In this document: piece after piece, positions 28,164 to 38,708 of the stretch | Layout of the letters: each line of letters starts with the position of its first letter | Numbering within the stretch: the first letter of the stretch is position 1 | Virus record (IMG/VR): IMGVR_UViG_3300010885_074529 | Direction: 5' to 3' (one strand) | Origin: an uncultured virus (IMG/VR IMGVR_UViG_3300010885_074529) | Lineage: Duplodnaviria > Heunggongvirae > Uroviricota > Caudoviricetes | DNA: 63,150 nucleotides | The notes under the pieces: model-generated | The model's database searches: none | The model's input: only the letters and a program-made list of their open reading frames with translations | What the model was told of the DNA's origin: nothing | Translations under genes and position numbers: made by a program

Positions 28164-28675
28164 TCACTACCCCATTCATCTTCATCTTCATCTTCATCTT
28201 CATCTTCATCTTCATCTTCATCTTCATCTTCATCTTCATCTTCATCTTCATCTTCATCCCACTCATTATCTTCATCATCGTCGTCTTCATCATCATCATC
28301 GTCGTCTTCATCATCATCATCATCATCGTCATCGTCTTCATCATCATCCCAATCATCATCATCATCCCAATCATCATCTCCATCCCAATCATCATCATCT
28401 TCGTCTTCGTCTTCATCATCGTCTTCATTATCGTCATCCCAATCCTCCTCGTCCCCATCATCGTCTACCACGTGCAGAATGCCTCCTTCCCAATCTTCAT
28501 CTTCATCCTCGTTCTCATCCCAATCGTCTTCGTCTTCATCTTCATCCTCGTCCTCATCATCTTCATAAGAACAAATAGGAGTATCAGGACAAATAGAGGT
28601 AAAAAAATAATTTAAAAAATTACAAGAACTTTTGATTCTATCACTTTTATTTAAATTGCTAAAATTAACTAACAT
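28160..28675 (-). CDS. extremely acidic Asp/Glu low-complexity protein
   Basis: About 130 residues of D/E with interspersed W; TGA overlaps the next ATG; start uncertain. Confidence 0.6.
   Translation of the reverse strand: MLVNFSNLNKSDRIKSSCNFLNYFFTSICPDTPICSYEDDEDEDEDEDEDDWDENEDEDEDWEGGILHVVDDDGDEEDWDDDNEDDDEDEDEDDDDWDGDDDWDDDDDWDDDEDDDDDDDDDEDDDDDDEDDDDEDNEWDEDEDEDEDEDEDEDEDEDEDEDEDEDEWGSE
28176..28258. repeat. 6-bp microsatellite (GAAGAT)n encoding ED repeats
   Basis: Perfect tcatct tandem array. Confidence 0.9.
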
Positions 28676-28723
28676 ATTTGCTCCTTTTTTATTACTTCCT
28701 GATACATAATTATAGGAGGAACC

Positions 28724-29179
28724 ATGAAATTTTTTTCAAATTTTATATTTTTTTTAATATTTTTATCTTTTTCTGGGTGTTCATTTGAACCATTTAGAAC
28801 ACAACCTGTGGTTTCTGGGGTTATTGTTTGGAGAAACACCGAGGCCAACAAATACTATAGCGAAGACATAAAAACATTATATAAAAGCACCAAAATGGCC
28901 TTAAAAGAGCTTAATTGTATGGTTATCGAAGACAGAGCTGACAGGAATTCTTTCTATTTAAAGGTCGGGGCTGAGGGTGCGTTTACAATAAAAATATACG
29001 AAACAAATCAACAAAAAAATAATATAAAAATAAAAGTAAATTTGCCTGTTAACATACCCTATGCTGAGATGGTTTATAATCAAATAGATATAAACTTAAA
29101 CAGCATAGAGTATGATAATCAGGGCAATCCTACTAAGTCAAAGAGAAAAGATTTCAATTGGAACAGACTCCTCTACTAA
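28724..29179 (+). CDS. lipoprotein (DUF3568-like)
   Basis: Signal with FSGC lipobox; AGGGAGG RBS. Confidence 0.6.
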   Translation: MKFFSNFIFFLIFLSFSGCSFEPFRTQPVVSGVIVWRNTEANKYYSEDIKTLYKSTKMALKELNCMVIEDRADRNSFYLKVGAEGAFTIKIYETNQQKNNIKIKVNLPVNIPYAEMVYNQIDINLNSIEYDNQGNPTKSKRKDFNWNRLLY

Positions 29180-30860
29180 TTGCTTGTCCTATTTTATAAG
29201 TCTTCCCCATGCAGCTTTTTAATGCTGAATAGCAGCTTGTTTTTCTTTTTGGTAGTTGTTCAGGCTGAGAACAGTCACAGCTTCTTGGCAAACACTTTGT
29301 TCCTTGGCACGCAGAACAACTAGAATTGTTTGCTGGTTTCCAAGGTTTTTGATATTCTGGTGCATTTGGGTCACAATAATTTGGCAAGCCACATTTACAT
29401 ACCATTTGTTTCCTCACTAGTTTCCCTTTTTTGATTTCAAACAAAGAGGTTCTATAGTTTCCTACTAAGTGATTTGAATTTAAAAATTCTACACAGCTAT
29501 ATGCGGACTCTATTGCTTCTTCGTCTGTAGTATCAATAATATCGAACAATTTATTATTTTCATCAAAATAATATCCTTTTTGGCTAGGAACTTCTATTTC
29601 TAGCGACAATAAAGGATTATTATTTAATGCTGATACTCCGTCAATTTCTGACAACTTAATTGTTTTGTTAGAAAATGTACGTAGCATTTTATTATTATCT
29701 AGCAATTGTATTTCGTATGGATCTTTTACTATTGCTTTTACAGAGCTAAAATCCATATCGTTTAACATTAAAACCTTTGAAAGCAATATATTTCTGCGTG
29801 TGAACAGATCCGATATTACGGTTTGATATTTGCCTCCCTCGCTTTTATCTATCTGTATTATCTGTCTAGCCATAGCGTCGAACAAACGAACTGTGAGCGG
29901 TACCGTGGAGGTGGCTTTCAATAAATATCTTGAAACTACATCTCTGGATATTTTAATAGAATCTATAGCAGATTTGCCTGTTGCTATATTTTGTTCTGCT
30001 ATTTTTACGAACATTTCATAGAAAGCTCCGCTAAAAACACGACTAAAGCTGTGGCATTCGTTTGAAAGCACGTTGTCAGGAGTAGAATCAGAAAGTGTTT
30101 CTGGTTTTACATAATTGTAAACTATGGAAAGATCTCTTAGACATGTTTTTAACATTCCTGTTTTATCCCTAGAAACATCATATAGTCCCGTCCCCATTTC
30201 GGCAGCTAGTCTGGTCAAAACATTAGATAGCATTAGATTGCCTTTAGTTTCAATGAGAGCCCTATTTATTAAATCGTCGTACTGTAGAGATGCGATCAAG
30301 GCGGTCATATCTCCAAACGCTTCGTGATACGCCCACACTTCTGTAGATTGTGTGGACCAAAAATCAGGACGAATTGAATCTAGCAACGCATGTCCAAATT
30401 CATGACACACAACGGAGTTTGAATCTGCTGTGTAAACTGTTTTCTTTTTTGCTCTATTTTGAAAATAAAAGAATTTCAAAGAAGAACGATCATAATATGC
30501 ATTTATATCAACCCCTGCTCTTGAATTAATGGTCAATGAGCTTGTTGCAGCCCATCCCGTTAATTTTTTTGCAGAGCTAGCGAGCCTATAGGATACCAAC
30601 ATGTAGGACAAAACGTTATTTACCATTATTTTACAAGCACTTGCTTGTTGCTGTGAGGTTCCAAGGGCGAACCCTCCCCCTTGATCACCCACAGATTTCA
30701 TGGCAAAAGATGTATTTACGGGTGGATCTTGCTCTAAGATCAAATCTGGCGTGGTAGGGTCGTTCAAATAAAACTTAGTCTTGGTCCCTACAGACTTTGG
30801 TGCAGCAACCGCCTTTTTCTGGTTAAGTCCGCTTAACCATTTTCTTAAAAAATGTAACAT
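29154..30860 (-). CDS. M4/M36-like gluzincin metalloprotease with Cys-rich C-terminus
   Basis: INAYY, HEFGH, HEAFGD, ECH; tail contains many Cys. Confidence 0.85.
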   Translation of the reverse strand: MLHFLRKWLSGLNQKKAVAAPKSVGTKTKFYLNDPTTPDLILEQDPPVNTSFAMKSVGDQGGGFALGTSQQQASACKIMVNNVLSYMLVSYRLASSAKKLTGWAATSSLTINSRAGVDINAYYDRSSLKFFYFQNRAKKKTVYTADSNSVVCHEFGHALLDSIRPDFWSTQSTEVWAYHEAFGDMTALIASLQYDDLINRALIETKGNLMLSNVLTRLAAEMGTGLYDVSRDKTGMLKTCLRDLSIVYNYVKPETLSDSTPDNVLSNECHSFSRVFSGAFYEMFVKIAEQNIATGKSAIDSIKISRDVVSRYLLKATSTVPLTVRLFDAMARQIIQIDKSEGGKYQTVISDLFTRRNILLSKVLMLNDMDFSSVKAIVKDPYEIQLLDNNKMLRTFSNKTIKLSEIDGVSALNNNPLLSLEIEVPSQKGYYFDENNKLFDIIDTTDEEAIESAYSCVEFLNSNHLVGNYRTSLFEIKKGKLVRKQMVCKCGLPNYCDPNAPEYQKPWKPANNSSCSACQGTKCLPRSCDCSQPEQLPKRKTSCYSALKSCMGKTYKIGQAISRGVCSN

Positions 30861-30938
30861 CAACAACTCCTTTTGTTTGTGGTTACTCTTGATATAATAT
30901 ATAGCGGAAATAAAGCCAAAAATAAAAAAAGGATGATA

Positions 30939-31457
30939 ATGAGTTATGAACAAGCCATAAAAGAAGCAAGAACTATCGAAGCCATGAAAAATGGATATAT
31001 GGGGTTAGGTGGCAAATTTTGTTCGATAGCCAAGAAGTTAGGAGGCTCAATTATTAGACAGGGAGGCATGTATGTAGACTCCACAGAGTTTGGAGATCCA
31101 TTTTATGAAGAAGATAATGAAAATATACCGATCATGGATGAAACAGAAGCCACGACAGATATAGGGCTACAATTTGATGGTTTGTCCCGTGGAATAAATC
31201 TTTCAATAATAATAAAGTTTCATCTAAGAGAAATATCTGTGTATTTTGAAGGAGCCTTTGTTTATCATGAAGTTTCTGGGGAACTTGAGATGTATGTTCC
31301 TAAAAAGGAATGGGAAGAAAAGATTGAATATTTATATGAAATTACAAAGAAAATTGATAAAGAAAATAAACCGGTAGAAAAAGAGCAAAATGAAAAGAAA
31401 AAAGAAAAAGAAAAAGAAAAAATACTAGAAAAGCTAAGAAAAACTTGGGGAATTTAG
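30939..31457 (+). CDS. hypothetical protein
   Basis: Long ORF with typical phage composition. Confidence 0.65.
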   Translation: MSYEQAIKEARTIEAMKNGYMGLGGKFCSIAKKLGGSIIRQGGMYVDSTEFGDPFYEEDNENIPIMDETEATTDIGLQFDGLSRGINLSIIIKFHLREISVYFEGAFVYHEVSGELEMYVPKKEWEEKIEYLYEITKKIDKENKPVEKEQNEKKKEKEKEKILEKLRKTWGI

Positions 31458-31577
31458 ACTATTCTATAATACAATCATTTGGAATTATATATGGGCGATC
31501 CAAAAAACATAACAAGATGGTTGCAAGCAAGAAAAATAAATTTAGAAAAATTTGGAAAAATAATTTTAGGGGATAAA

Positions 31578-32078
31578 ATGAATAACAATGTAGAGAAATG
31601 GGTTTTAGAAGATGGAAGAAAAGCAGAAAAAATAGTCACAGAAAGCAAATTGAACGAAAACGAAGTCGAAAGAACTATTGAGATAAAAGTGGAAGAAGAA
31701 AGACCTCTCAATGTTCAACAAAGAATTATAGAGAAAACAAAGCCTTTTGTGTATGAAAGACGAATAGAAACCATCAACACAAAGACCGGAGAAGTTATTG
31801 ACCAAAGAGTTGAAACCATTGATCCGCAAGCAAAGATGCACACAACAGAAAATAATGATGTTAATTATGTTACCAAAAACGAAATGGTAGATGCCATTGT
31901 TGCGGCGATCAAATCTATTAAAGAAAAAGACTCACAATCTGAAGTAAAGAGTCTTGGAATGGTAGATAAGATAAGAAAAGTTAATGAGCCCTATGTTTAT
32001 TCTGTAAGGGATATAGTATTATCAGTAATTATTCTTGTTCAAGTATTTGGATTAGCATATTTAATAACAGTTAAATGA
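31578..32078 (+). CDS. hypothetical protein with C-terminal TM anchor
   Basis: GGGG RBS; C-terminal hydrophobic helix. Confidence 0.65.
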   Translation: MNNNVEKWVLEDGRKAEKIVTESKLNENEVERTIEIKVEEERPLNVQQRIIEKTKPFVYERRIETINTKTGEVIDQRVETIDPQAKMHTTENNDVNYVTKNEMVDAIVAAIKSIKEKDSQSEVKSLGMVDKIRKVNEPYVYSVRDIVLSVIILVQVFGLAYLITVK

Positions 32079-33220
32079 AAGTAAAAATGTTGTTGATAAA
32101 CGAACAAAGACTGACATCTCTTCCGCAAGAGATAATAAATAATTTTATTGAAACAAATAGTAATTTAGTAAATGTAGAAAACATCTCTATAACCAACAAC
32201 AAATCTTCTATAAAAGCTATAGTCGGAGCAAACAACTATGTAAGCTTGGCGGTATATTGGCACCCTAATCCGGACACTCCTACTGGTTATCCTTATGTGA
32301 GAAGAGATGGCGTTCGCAATAAGGACGTTTCGACTGTGTCGGACTCCCGAGAAATTTATTTGCTTATAAAAAATTTATATTCTTTGACTTTGCTTTATTA
32401 TTTTACAAAATCAGAAGTTTATGCACAAAAAGCTATTGAAATGCTGAGGGTGTTTTTTATAAATGAAGAAACAAGAATGAATCCAGATTTAACTTATAGT
32501 GGCATTGTTATGGGGGACAATCAGTCTGATTTTAAAATAAGAGGTGCAGTCATAGACACTAATCGCTTATCTATGATTGTAGATTTGATAGAAATCTTAA
32601 AAAGTAGTCACCAATGGACGCCTTCAGATGATATTAGCATGAAGGCTTGGTTCAGCGATATCTCTGATTGGTTTCAAAATAGTCCGAGAGGTCTATTGCA
32701 GTCAGGCTATTTACATAACATTCGAACATCTCATACTTTGCAACTGGCTGCTTATTTGTGTGGGGCTGGGCGATCTGCGGAGGCTGCTACATATTTGAAC
32801 AATAATGTTCCAAATATTTTGTACAATCAAATAAACGAAGAAGGACTGCAAGTTTTAGAAATGGATCGAGTAGCAAACAGACATTATAGTAACTTTAACT
32901 TGTTTCTACTTTGTGAACTTGCGAAAATAAGCCAAAGCTTGAATATTGATATATGGAATTATGTAGATGAAGGTGGAAGAGGAAGTATAAAAAATGCAAT
33001 GAGATATATGTGTGGGTTTGCCAATGATGTTGTGGCATGGCCATTTTCTGAGGAAAAATATAACTCGGCAATGACTAGAAAGTTTTTAGAATCTGGTGCT
33101 ATGGTTTATGATGATAATTTAATCAGAAATACTTACGAGCCAATAAAAATGATAGACACTTACGCTTTTCTTGAAGAATATTTAACTATTCCTTCTAGCC
33201 TCGTACCCAGTACCATATAA
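32075..33220 (+). CDS. alginate lyase-like (PL5-type) polysaccharide lyase
   Basis: YVSLAVYWHPNPDTPTGYPYVRRDG.RN, TRMNP.L.Y, HN, G.Q..EM.R...HYS.FNL. Confidence 0.85.
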   Translation: MKVKMLLINEQRLTSLPQEIINNFIETNSNLVNVENISITNNKSSIKAIVGANNYVSLAVYWHPNPDTPTGYPYVRRDGVRNKDVSTVSDSREIYLLIKNLYSLTLLYYFTKSEVYAQKAIEMLRVFFINEETRMNPDLTYSGIVMGDNQSDFKIRGAVIDTNRLSMIVDLIEILKSSHQWTPSDDISMKAWFSDISDWFQNSPRGLLQSGYLHNIRTSHTLQLAAYLCGAGRSAEAATYLNNNVPNILYNQINEEGLQVLEMDRVANRHYSNFNLFLLCELAKISQSLNIDIWNYVDEGGRGSIKNAMRYMCGFANDVVAWPFSEEKYNSAMTRKFLESGAMVYDDNLIRNTYEPIKMIDTYAFLEEYLTIPSSLVPSTI

Positions 33221-35312
33221 TTCCGGGGTTTACATTGTCCCCCTCGGCTCCTCCGGCGGCTCCGATCCACGGGGCGGGAAAAAATCCACATCTTGAAATC
33301 AAAGTACCATACCACTGGTCGCCCGAGCTTGCACTTGTCGTTAGCCACGCACACTCCCCAATGGGTGCGATCCAAGGCATTATTTCTTCTATTGAAGCAT
33401 TATTGTATGTCCATGTGCCGAACTTAGTGTTAAGAGTCACTGCGGTTTGTGAATTATCTGTTTTGACAAAAGAATAAGATATAGGAGCCGACCAAATGCC
33501 ACCAAAATGTGCTCTTTGACCGGCATCTATCATATATTGAAAGGTGGACCCACTTCCTCTTAAATAGTCGGCATAGCTTACTATGGAATAATTGTTTGAT
33601 ACAGATGGAGACTCTGTATTTTTTTCTAATACCTCAGCATATGTCCAGTCGGGTTGCGACGAGTTGGTCATCAACAACGTCCATCCTCCACCATCGGTGG
33701 TCATGTCTGCATATATTTGAAATGGAGTTCCGCCATTTATGTTGTCATTTTTTATCCAATACAAACCATCTGTCGATGAGGGATAGTCTGTTTTAATTTG
33801 TTTAGCACTATCTCCTGCGGTACCGGAGGAGAGCCCATTACCGCCAGTTGGTGTTGGTGTTGGAGTGCTAGTTGGTGTTGGAGTGCTAGTTGGTGTTGGA
33901 GTGCTAGTTGGTGTTGGAGTGCTAGTTGGTGTTGGAGTGCTAGTTGGTGTTGGAGTGCTAGTTGGTGTTGGTGCTGGTGCTATTGATTGAACACAAATAT
34001 CAGTAACGCCTTGATTGAGCGTCAGAATTGGGAAAAATACATACAGTGGACTAGTTACTTCTTGTAATGAAGTATAAACCAAACCATCATTGTAGTAGTA
34101 TTTAACGTGTGTTCCATCATATTCAACTTTGAATATATCACTAGTGGTTATATTCCCACTTTCAAATACTGTTTGAACATTACTAGAGTTTTCATATATC
34201 TTTAGATTGTTACCTTCAGCATAGATTCCAAAAGTCGCATTAACATAAGTACTGGATTCGAGGGTGGGATTGAATGAAAATCCGCCCATAACATTGATTG
34301 CATTAGATGAAATGCGAAAAGTAACTGAAACTGGACCAGTATAAGTTTGCGTAGAATATGCTGAGGCATCCCATCCGCCAGAAGATGTTTTGATTGCAGA
34401 ATTTCCAGTTGTATTCGCATTGACGCCCACAAAAGTAAGTGTGTCGCAACAGGGGAAATTAGGTCCGTCTGAGGACCATATAACACTTCCATTGTTTGTG
34501 GCTGATTTATTCAAGCCGCTAGAATCGTCAAGATATGTTTCAGCCGTTTCTGTTAACAAGAGTAATTTGGTTCCACTGATAGCAGTAAGTGGTGATGTAG
34601 GCACTGTTATAGTGCTCTGTGTTCCATCATATACTGAACTTCCTTTAACCCATCTAAAATTGGTTATTTTGCCATTCCACCAATTACTGCTACCAAATCC
34701 TATTTTTAAAGGATCAGTATTGTTGGTCACATCATTAGGAGTAGAATAATTTATTATTCTAGATCCGTTTTGATACACAGAGGATGTTCCGCTTTGTCTT
34801 ACCACCGCAAAGTGAACCCATTGATTTAAATAGTTTGCTAAACTTACTGAGCCGTACAATTGAGTCCCGTTGTTTACCCAAAATATGAAAGTTCCATTTT
34901 CAATACTTACGGCGATTGAGTGGTTTGGATAATCTCCAACTTGAAAAAGTCTGCTATACAATGGAGGCTCGGCAGCGGTTTGATATTGCCACCATTCGAT
35001 ACAGAAGTCTCCCGTTCCTAGTGCCCAATCGTTATCACCGGCAAAAGAAATATACTTATTGTCAGCACCAAAGACTAAACTACCAGTATGACAAGTGGAG
35101 CTTGTTGGAGTTGGAGTTGGAGTTGGAGTTGGAGTTGGAGTTGGAGTTGGAGTTGGAGTTGGAGTTGGAGTTGGAGTTGGAGTTATATTATTCCAATCTC
35201 TAGGAATAAGCAGTTTGTTCCTATAAAAGGGAAAGTTTGGCCATAGCCTTTTCACAAGTCTTTGTGTTAGATTGTAGTGGCCAGATCCCAGCCATTTTTT
35301 TCTTGATGGCAT
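33195..35312 (-). CDS. fibre or adhesin: LamG domain, lectin-like domain and fibrinogen-C domain joined by PT linkers
   Basis: GDFCIEWW...WVHFAVVR...ITNFRWVKG (LamG); DGLYWI...[13 protein letters not shown] (fibrinogen C). Confidence 0.8.
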   Translation of the reverse strand: MPSRKKWLGSGHYNLTQRLVKRLWPNFPFYRNKLLIPRDWNNITPTPTPTPTPTPTPTPTPTPTPTPTPTSSTCHTGSLVFGADNKYISFAGDNDWALGTGDFCIEWWQYQTAAEPPLYSRLFQVGDYPNHSIAVSIENGTFIFWVNNGTQLYGSVSLANYLNQWVHFAVVRQSGTSSVYQNGSRIINYSTPNDVTNNTDPLKIGFGSSNWWNGKITNFRWVKGSSVYDGTQSTITVPTSPLTAISGTKLLLLTETAETYLDDSSGLNKSATNNGSVIWSSDGPNFPCCDTLTFVGVNANTTGNSAIKTSSGGWDASAYSTQTYTGPVSVTFRISSNAINVMGGFSFNPTLESSTYVNATFGIYAEGNNLKIYENSSNVQTVFESGNITTSDIFKVEYDGTHVKYYYNDGLVYTSLQEVTSPLYVFFPILTLNQGVTDICVQSIAPAPTPTSTPTPTSTPTPTSTPTPTSTPTPTSTPTPTSTPTPTPTGGNGLSSGTAGDSAKQIKTDYPSSTDGLYWIKNDNINGGTPFQIYADMTTDGGGWTLLMTNSSQPDWTYAEVLEKNTESPSVSNNYSIVSYADYLRGSGSTFQYMIDAGQRAHFGGIWSAPISYSFVKTDNSQTAVTLNTKFGTWTYNNASIEEIMPWIAPIGECAWLTTSASSGDQWYGTLISRCGFFPAPWIGAAGGAEGDNVNPGIIWYWVRG
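33845..33972. repeat. 18-bp tandem repeat encoding (STPTPT)n linker
   Basis: gttggtgttggagtgcta repeated about 6 times. Confidence 0.9.
35104..35184. repeat. 6-bp tandem repeat encoding (TP)n linker
   Basis: gttgga repeated about 13 times. Confidence 0.9.
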
Positions 35313-35323
35313 AATTATACTTT

Positions 35324-36136
35324 TTAAGGAGTGACAAGGTCTTCGTCTGCTAAAACATAAGGAATTTCTGTGACTGAGGATGGGTTTGTATTGGAAGATG
35401 TGTAGTTATAATTAATTTTTCTTGCAAAATCACCAGCGACTGCACCTGCTGGGTATTCTATTATTTGAGTTATTCTATCGCTGCCGTCCACTGTTATTTT
35501 TTGAAATGTAAAAAGACCTGAGGCTCGGCCTTTAACTAATTGCCAATCTTCCTTCATGTCCCCAACAACAAACCCTGCTTCTTCTATAATTGGAATATCT
35601 ACTTCCGAATCGGTTTCATCCAAAAGAATAATCTGACCCATTCCGTCTTGCACGAATCTATTTTCAATTGTATGTTTTGAAAAATAAGAAGGTAGCTCTG
35701 CTACTCCTGCGAACTTGTTAAAACGCATCTTTTTCTCTGCGCCGCTATTGCTGATCCACATTTTTATGGTTTTTTTTGCACGACCAGGCTTAGCTTGGAT
35801 CAAAACACTATTATTATTTATTTGTGCCAAAAACATATCAGCAAAAGTTAAATCATTATTTAAAATCGCAACTACTTCTCCAACAGTAGTTTCAGAAGGA
35901 GAGTATCCTGCTACATTTATTTCTAATGTTGCGTAATTTTTAAAATCAGTGTCCCACGCATAATTTAGCGTTAAAGTATTATCGCTACTAAAATCCCATG
36001 GTCCTATATTGTATGCATATTGAAAATCAGAACTATTTCTATTTGCAGGGCACGCAAAAGTCAAAGAATACTGTCTATCGCCCAGTACCCAGTTGCCCCT
36101 AAACTCTTGATTAAATACATTTTGATAAAAAGACAT
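35324..36136 (-). CDS. hypothetical, probable virion structural protein
   Basis: GAGG RBS; beta-rich; upstream of the fibre gene. Confidence 0.6.
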   Translation of the reverse strand: MSFYQNVFNQEFRGNWVLGDRQYSLTFACPANRNSSDFQYAYNIGPWDFSSDNTLTLNYAWDTDFKNYATLEINVAGYSPSETTVGEVVAILNNDLTFADMFLAQINNNSVLIQAKPGRAKKTIKMWISNSGAEKKMRFNKFAGVAELPSYFSKHTIENRFVQDGMGQIILLDETDSEVDIPIIEEAGFVVGDMKEDWQLVKGRASGLFTFQKITVDGSDRITQIIEYPAGAVAGDFARKINYNYTSSNTNPSSVTEIPYVLADEDLVTP

Positions 36137-36157
36137 ATATTGTGACCTCTATGAAAT

Positions 36158-36209
36158 AAAAATACCCACTTTTCACTCGTATCTAGAGTGATCAGTGGGT
36201 ATTTTTTTT
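36158..36209. terminator. long-stem bidirectional terminator-like hairpin
   Basis: AAAAATACCCACT...AGTGGGTATTTTT with inner TCACTC/GAGTGA pairing. Confidence 0.75.
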
Positions 36210-36223
36210 AAATTTTAAAAAAA

Positions 36224-36535
36224 TTATACGCCGGTTTCCACAAGGCTAACCAGAGTTTTTCTTACTAATGTACTTTTAGAGACTGAAAACTTCTTCCTTT
36301 GTTCTAAACGAAGATTATTCGTCTTAGCAATTTTGCTCCTAATATACGTTTTAATAGGGGCATTTGAAGAGACCCTAACAATATTGCCTTCTCTTAGTTC
36401 GTAGCCAGAAATGTGGGTTTTTTTAGATTCTGTGACCAACACAGTTCTACGAACAGGATGGGTGTGATTCCCCTTGTAACAGAACCGAGCAACAGGAAGG
36501 TTATCGACTACATCGTACTTCATTGTGATTTTCAT
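36224..36535 (-). CDS. hypothetical protein
   Basis: Coupled ORF, basic. Confidence 0.6.
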   Translation of the reverse strand: MKITMKYDVVDNLPVARFCYKGNHTHPVRRTVLVTESKKTHISGYELREGNIVRVSSNAPIKTYIRSKIAKTNNLRLEQRKKFSVSKSTLVRKTLVSLVETGV

Positions 36536-37071
36536 TGTAATTCCTTTCGTATTTCTTGTAATAATTGTGAAGCGTACCTAGCATCTCCTAACAGTTTATT
36601 AGAAAACCGTATGTCGGTCAAGGGCACGGAATATAATAAATTGTCTTTAATTATACCAGGAATAGAATAAGGCTCATATTGATCTTCAGGAAGTTCTATT
36701 TCTGCTACAGCCATATATGTATTTTCTTTATAGTCTTTAAAAAAGTCTATTTCCCAATCGTTTCCTTCATGGGACAAAATATATCTTACTTTTTCAAGTC
36801 TATTAAGTGCGATATTCCATAGATCATCAAAATCACGCTCATCCATTTTCTTTTCTAGCTCTATAGCCCTTCCAGATGTGGTTGCTTTTAGCGTAAAATA
36901 ATATTCTGCTTTTTTATTTTTTCTTTTAACAAGTTTTCGAATACGAACGGTAATTCCTCTGGTGGCGATCAGGTATCCTTGGGAGATATCATATGCCGCC
37001 GAGGATTTTTCCATAATAATAGACTCTATTTTAGAATCTATTATGTATTTCCTTTCATTTTCAGTTGGCAA
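36532..37071 (-). CDS. CYTH (triphosphate tunnel) domain protein
   Basis: ENERKY, QGYL, VRIR, TLK, KVRY, WEIDFF, AEIEL. Confidence 0.88.
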   Translation of the reverse strand: MPTENERKYIIDSKIESIIMEKSSAAYDISQGYLIATRGITVRIRKLVKRKNKKAEYYFTLKATTSGRAIELEKKMDERDFDDLWNIALNRLEKVRYILSHEGNDWEIDFFKDYKENTYMAVAEIELPEDQYEPYSIPGIIKDNLLYSVPLTDIRFSNKLLGDARYASQLLQEIRKELQ

Positions 37072-37072
37072 A

Positions 37073-37513
37073 TTATTCTCCCTTTAAAATTTGACGGTAA
37101 CGATCTACGTCTTCTCTACTTTTTTGTACTTGACCTTCTAGAAATATTTCTAACCATTGTCCATCTACTCCGCCTAGTTCTTCTGCATCTTTCATTCTGT
37201 TTACATAATTTGTAACAACTTCTTCTTCCATAGAAAGAGCGTATTGAATTATGTCTTTTGGAGAAGTAAATTTTTCAAAAGAATTTGACTCATGAGTGGC
37301 TGTTCCGCCCAAACCTATGATTAAATCTGAAAACTCGGTCACATGACTCATTTCTCCAGCAGCTTCTTCCAAGAAAAGCTCTTTGTATTCTTCAGAATGA
37401 AGCCCTGTAACCGCACTAGCGTGGTACAGATAGAATCGTAGATGTTTCCATTCGTTCTTTAGGTCACTGTTCAATAAAGACAAAATTAATTCATTGGTCA
37501 TTTTGGTATACAT
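37073..37513 (-). CDS. ferritin/bacterioferritin-like diiron protein
   Basis: LNSDLKNEW...Y, EEAAGEMSH, IIGLGG, EEEVV..Y. Confidence 0.8.
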   Translation of the reverse strand: MYTKMTNELILSLLNSDLKNEWKHLRFYLYHASAVTGLHSEEYKELFLEEAAGEMSHVTEFSDLIIGLGGTATHESNSFEKFTSPKDIIQYALSMEEEVVTNYVNRMKDAEELGGVDGQWLEIFLEGQVQKSREDVDRYRQILKGE

Positions 37514-37514
37514 G

Positions 37515-38621
37515 TTATTTCCTTTCGTTTGATTCTGGGAATTCTTGGTGTCCATGATCGTGTCTCAAATCCAATTCTTTAAAAACTTCATTATTGAATG
37601 TAGGTCGGATATTTGCATTCGCTATATTCCAACTTAGTTCAAATGCATATTTTGCTACTTTAGAAAGACCTTCGAAATTTATTTTATCTGCTGTGTCGCT
37701 TGGTTTGTGATAGTGCGGATGAAGCCCTGTATGCAAAAAAGCTATTGGTATTCTTTTATTGTAAAAACAAGCATGATCACTTCCTCCAGTGCTTCTACTT
37801 GTTATCCCTTTTGCAAAAGAGTATTTGTTAGACAAATTATCTATAGTTCTTTTTATATCAAAAGAACTATCTCCATCACTGAAAGAAACTGGATTTTCTC
37901 CTTTGCCCAAATAGCCAACCATATCCATATTCAACATAAATACATGTTTGTTTATATCTGGAGCGTCTTGGGGAAAAATAGGATCATTACAATAAAACTT
38001 ACTTCCAATTAATCCCATCTCTTCTGCTGAAAATGCAACAAAAACAACAGTTCTGCCAACTTTATTCTTTAGCTTAGAAAACGCTTTTGCAACTTCCAAC
38101 AAAGCGACTGTGCCAGAAGCATTATCGTCTGCTCCCGGATGTATCTTGTTTCCTCCGAATCGACTCATCTGGGGACCGTATCCGATATGATCCATATGAG
38201 CCCCCACTACAATGATTTCGTTTTTTAATTTCTCATCATTGCCATCCACCCAAGAGCAGATGTTTTGTGTGAAATCCTCGCCAATTTCATTCTTTGGACC
38301 GGGATTCATTCTTTTTATGTTGAATTTTTGATAAACTGTTTCTAATTCAAACTCTTCAAATTTATCTTTTATGAACTTTGCAGCTAAAACATTACCATTT
38401 TTTCCAGACATTCTTCCTTCTAATTGGTCTGATGCTAGATATTCGAGATTCTTTTTAATATCCTCTTCTGAGATACTTTCTAAAGCTTCATCAAAAGTTG
38501 TCTCTTTTTGAATTGGTTCTTTTTGTACTTGAGATTCATTTTTTTTGTATATTTTTTGTACAAAATAAACAGAGAACAAAGCTATTCCTAAAAGCGTTAT
38601 TATAAGTGCTGATTTACGCAT
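37515..38621 (-). CDS. M28 family aminopeptidase, membrane-anchored
   Basis: GAHMDH, GADDNASG, SAEEMGL.GS, NMDMVG, SDH, YHKPSD. Confidence 0.92.
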   Translation of the reverse strand: MRKSALIITLLGIALFSVYFVQKIYKKNESQVQKEPIQKETTFDEALESISEEDIKKNLEYLASDQLEGRMSGKNGNVLAAKFIKDKFEEFELETVYQKFNIKRMNPGPKNEIGEDFTQNICSWVDGNDEKLKNEIIVVGAHMDHIGYGPQMSRFGGNKIHPGADDNASGTVALLEVAKAFSKLKNKVGRTVVFVAFSAEEMGLIGSKFYCNDPIFPQDAPDINKHVFMLNMDMVGYLGKGENPVSFSDGDSSFDIKRTIDNLSNKYSFAKGITSRSTGGSDHACFYNKRIPIAFLHTGLHPHYHKPSDTADKINFEGLSKVAKYAFELSWNIANANIRPTFNNEVFKELDLRHDHGHQEFPESNERK

Positions 38622-38708
38622 TATTTCACCTAAATTGATATATATTTTCACCAATACAACTAATGTAATTTATAAGCAGGCTTTGTTCAAGCCCATTTCA
38701 GGAGATAT

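Noticed and set aside
28128..28578. Poly-Ser, poly-His/Leu and Met/Lys ORFs
   Set aside because: These are alternative frames and the antisense of the D/E microsatellite gene.
33195..33420. DGR variable region at the GC-richer fibre C-terminus
   Set aside because: No template repeat or reverse transcriptase seen in the window.
33798..35203. WCWSAS and LELELE repeat ORFs; possible CRISPR-like periodicity
   Set aside because: Antisense of the PT linkers; the repeats have no unique spacers, so this is not a CRISPR array.
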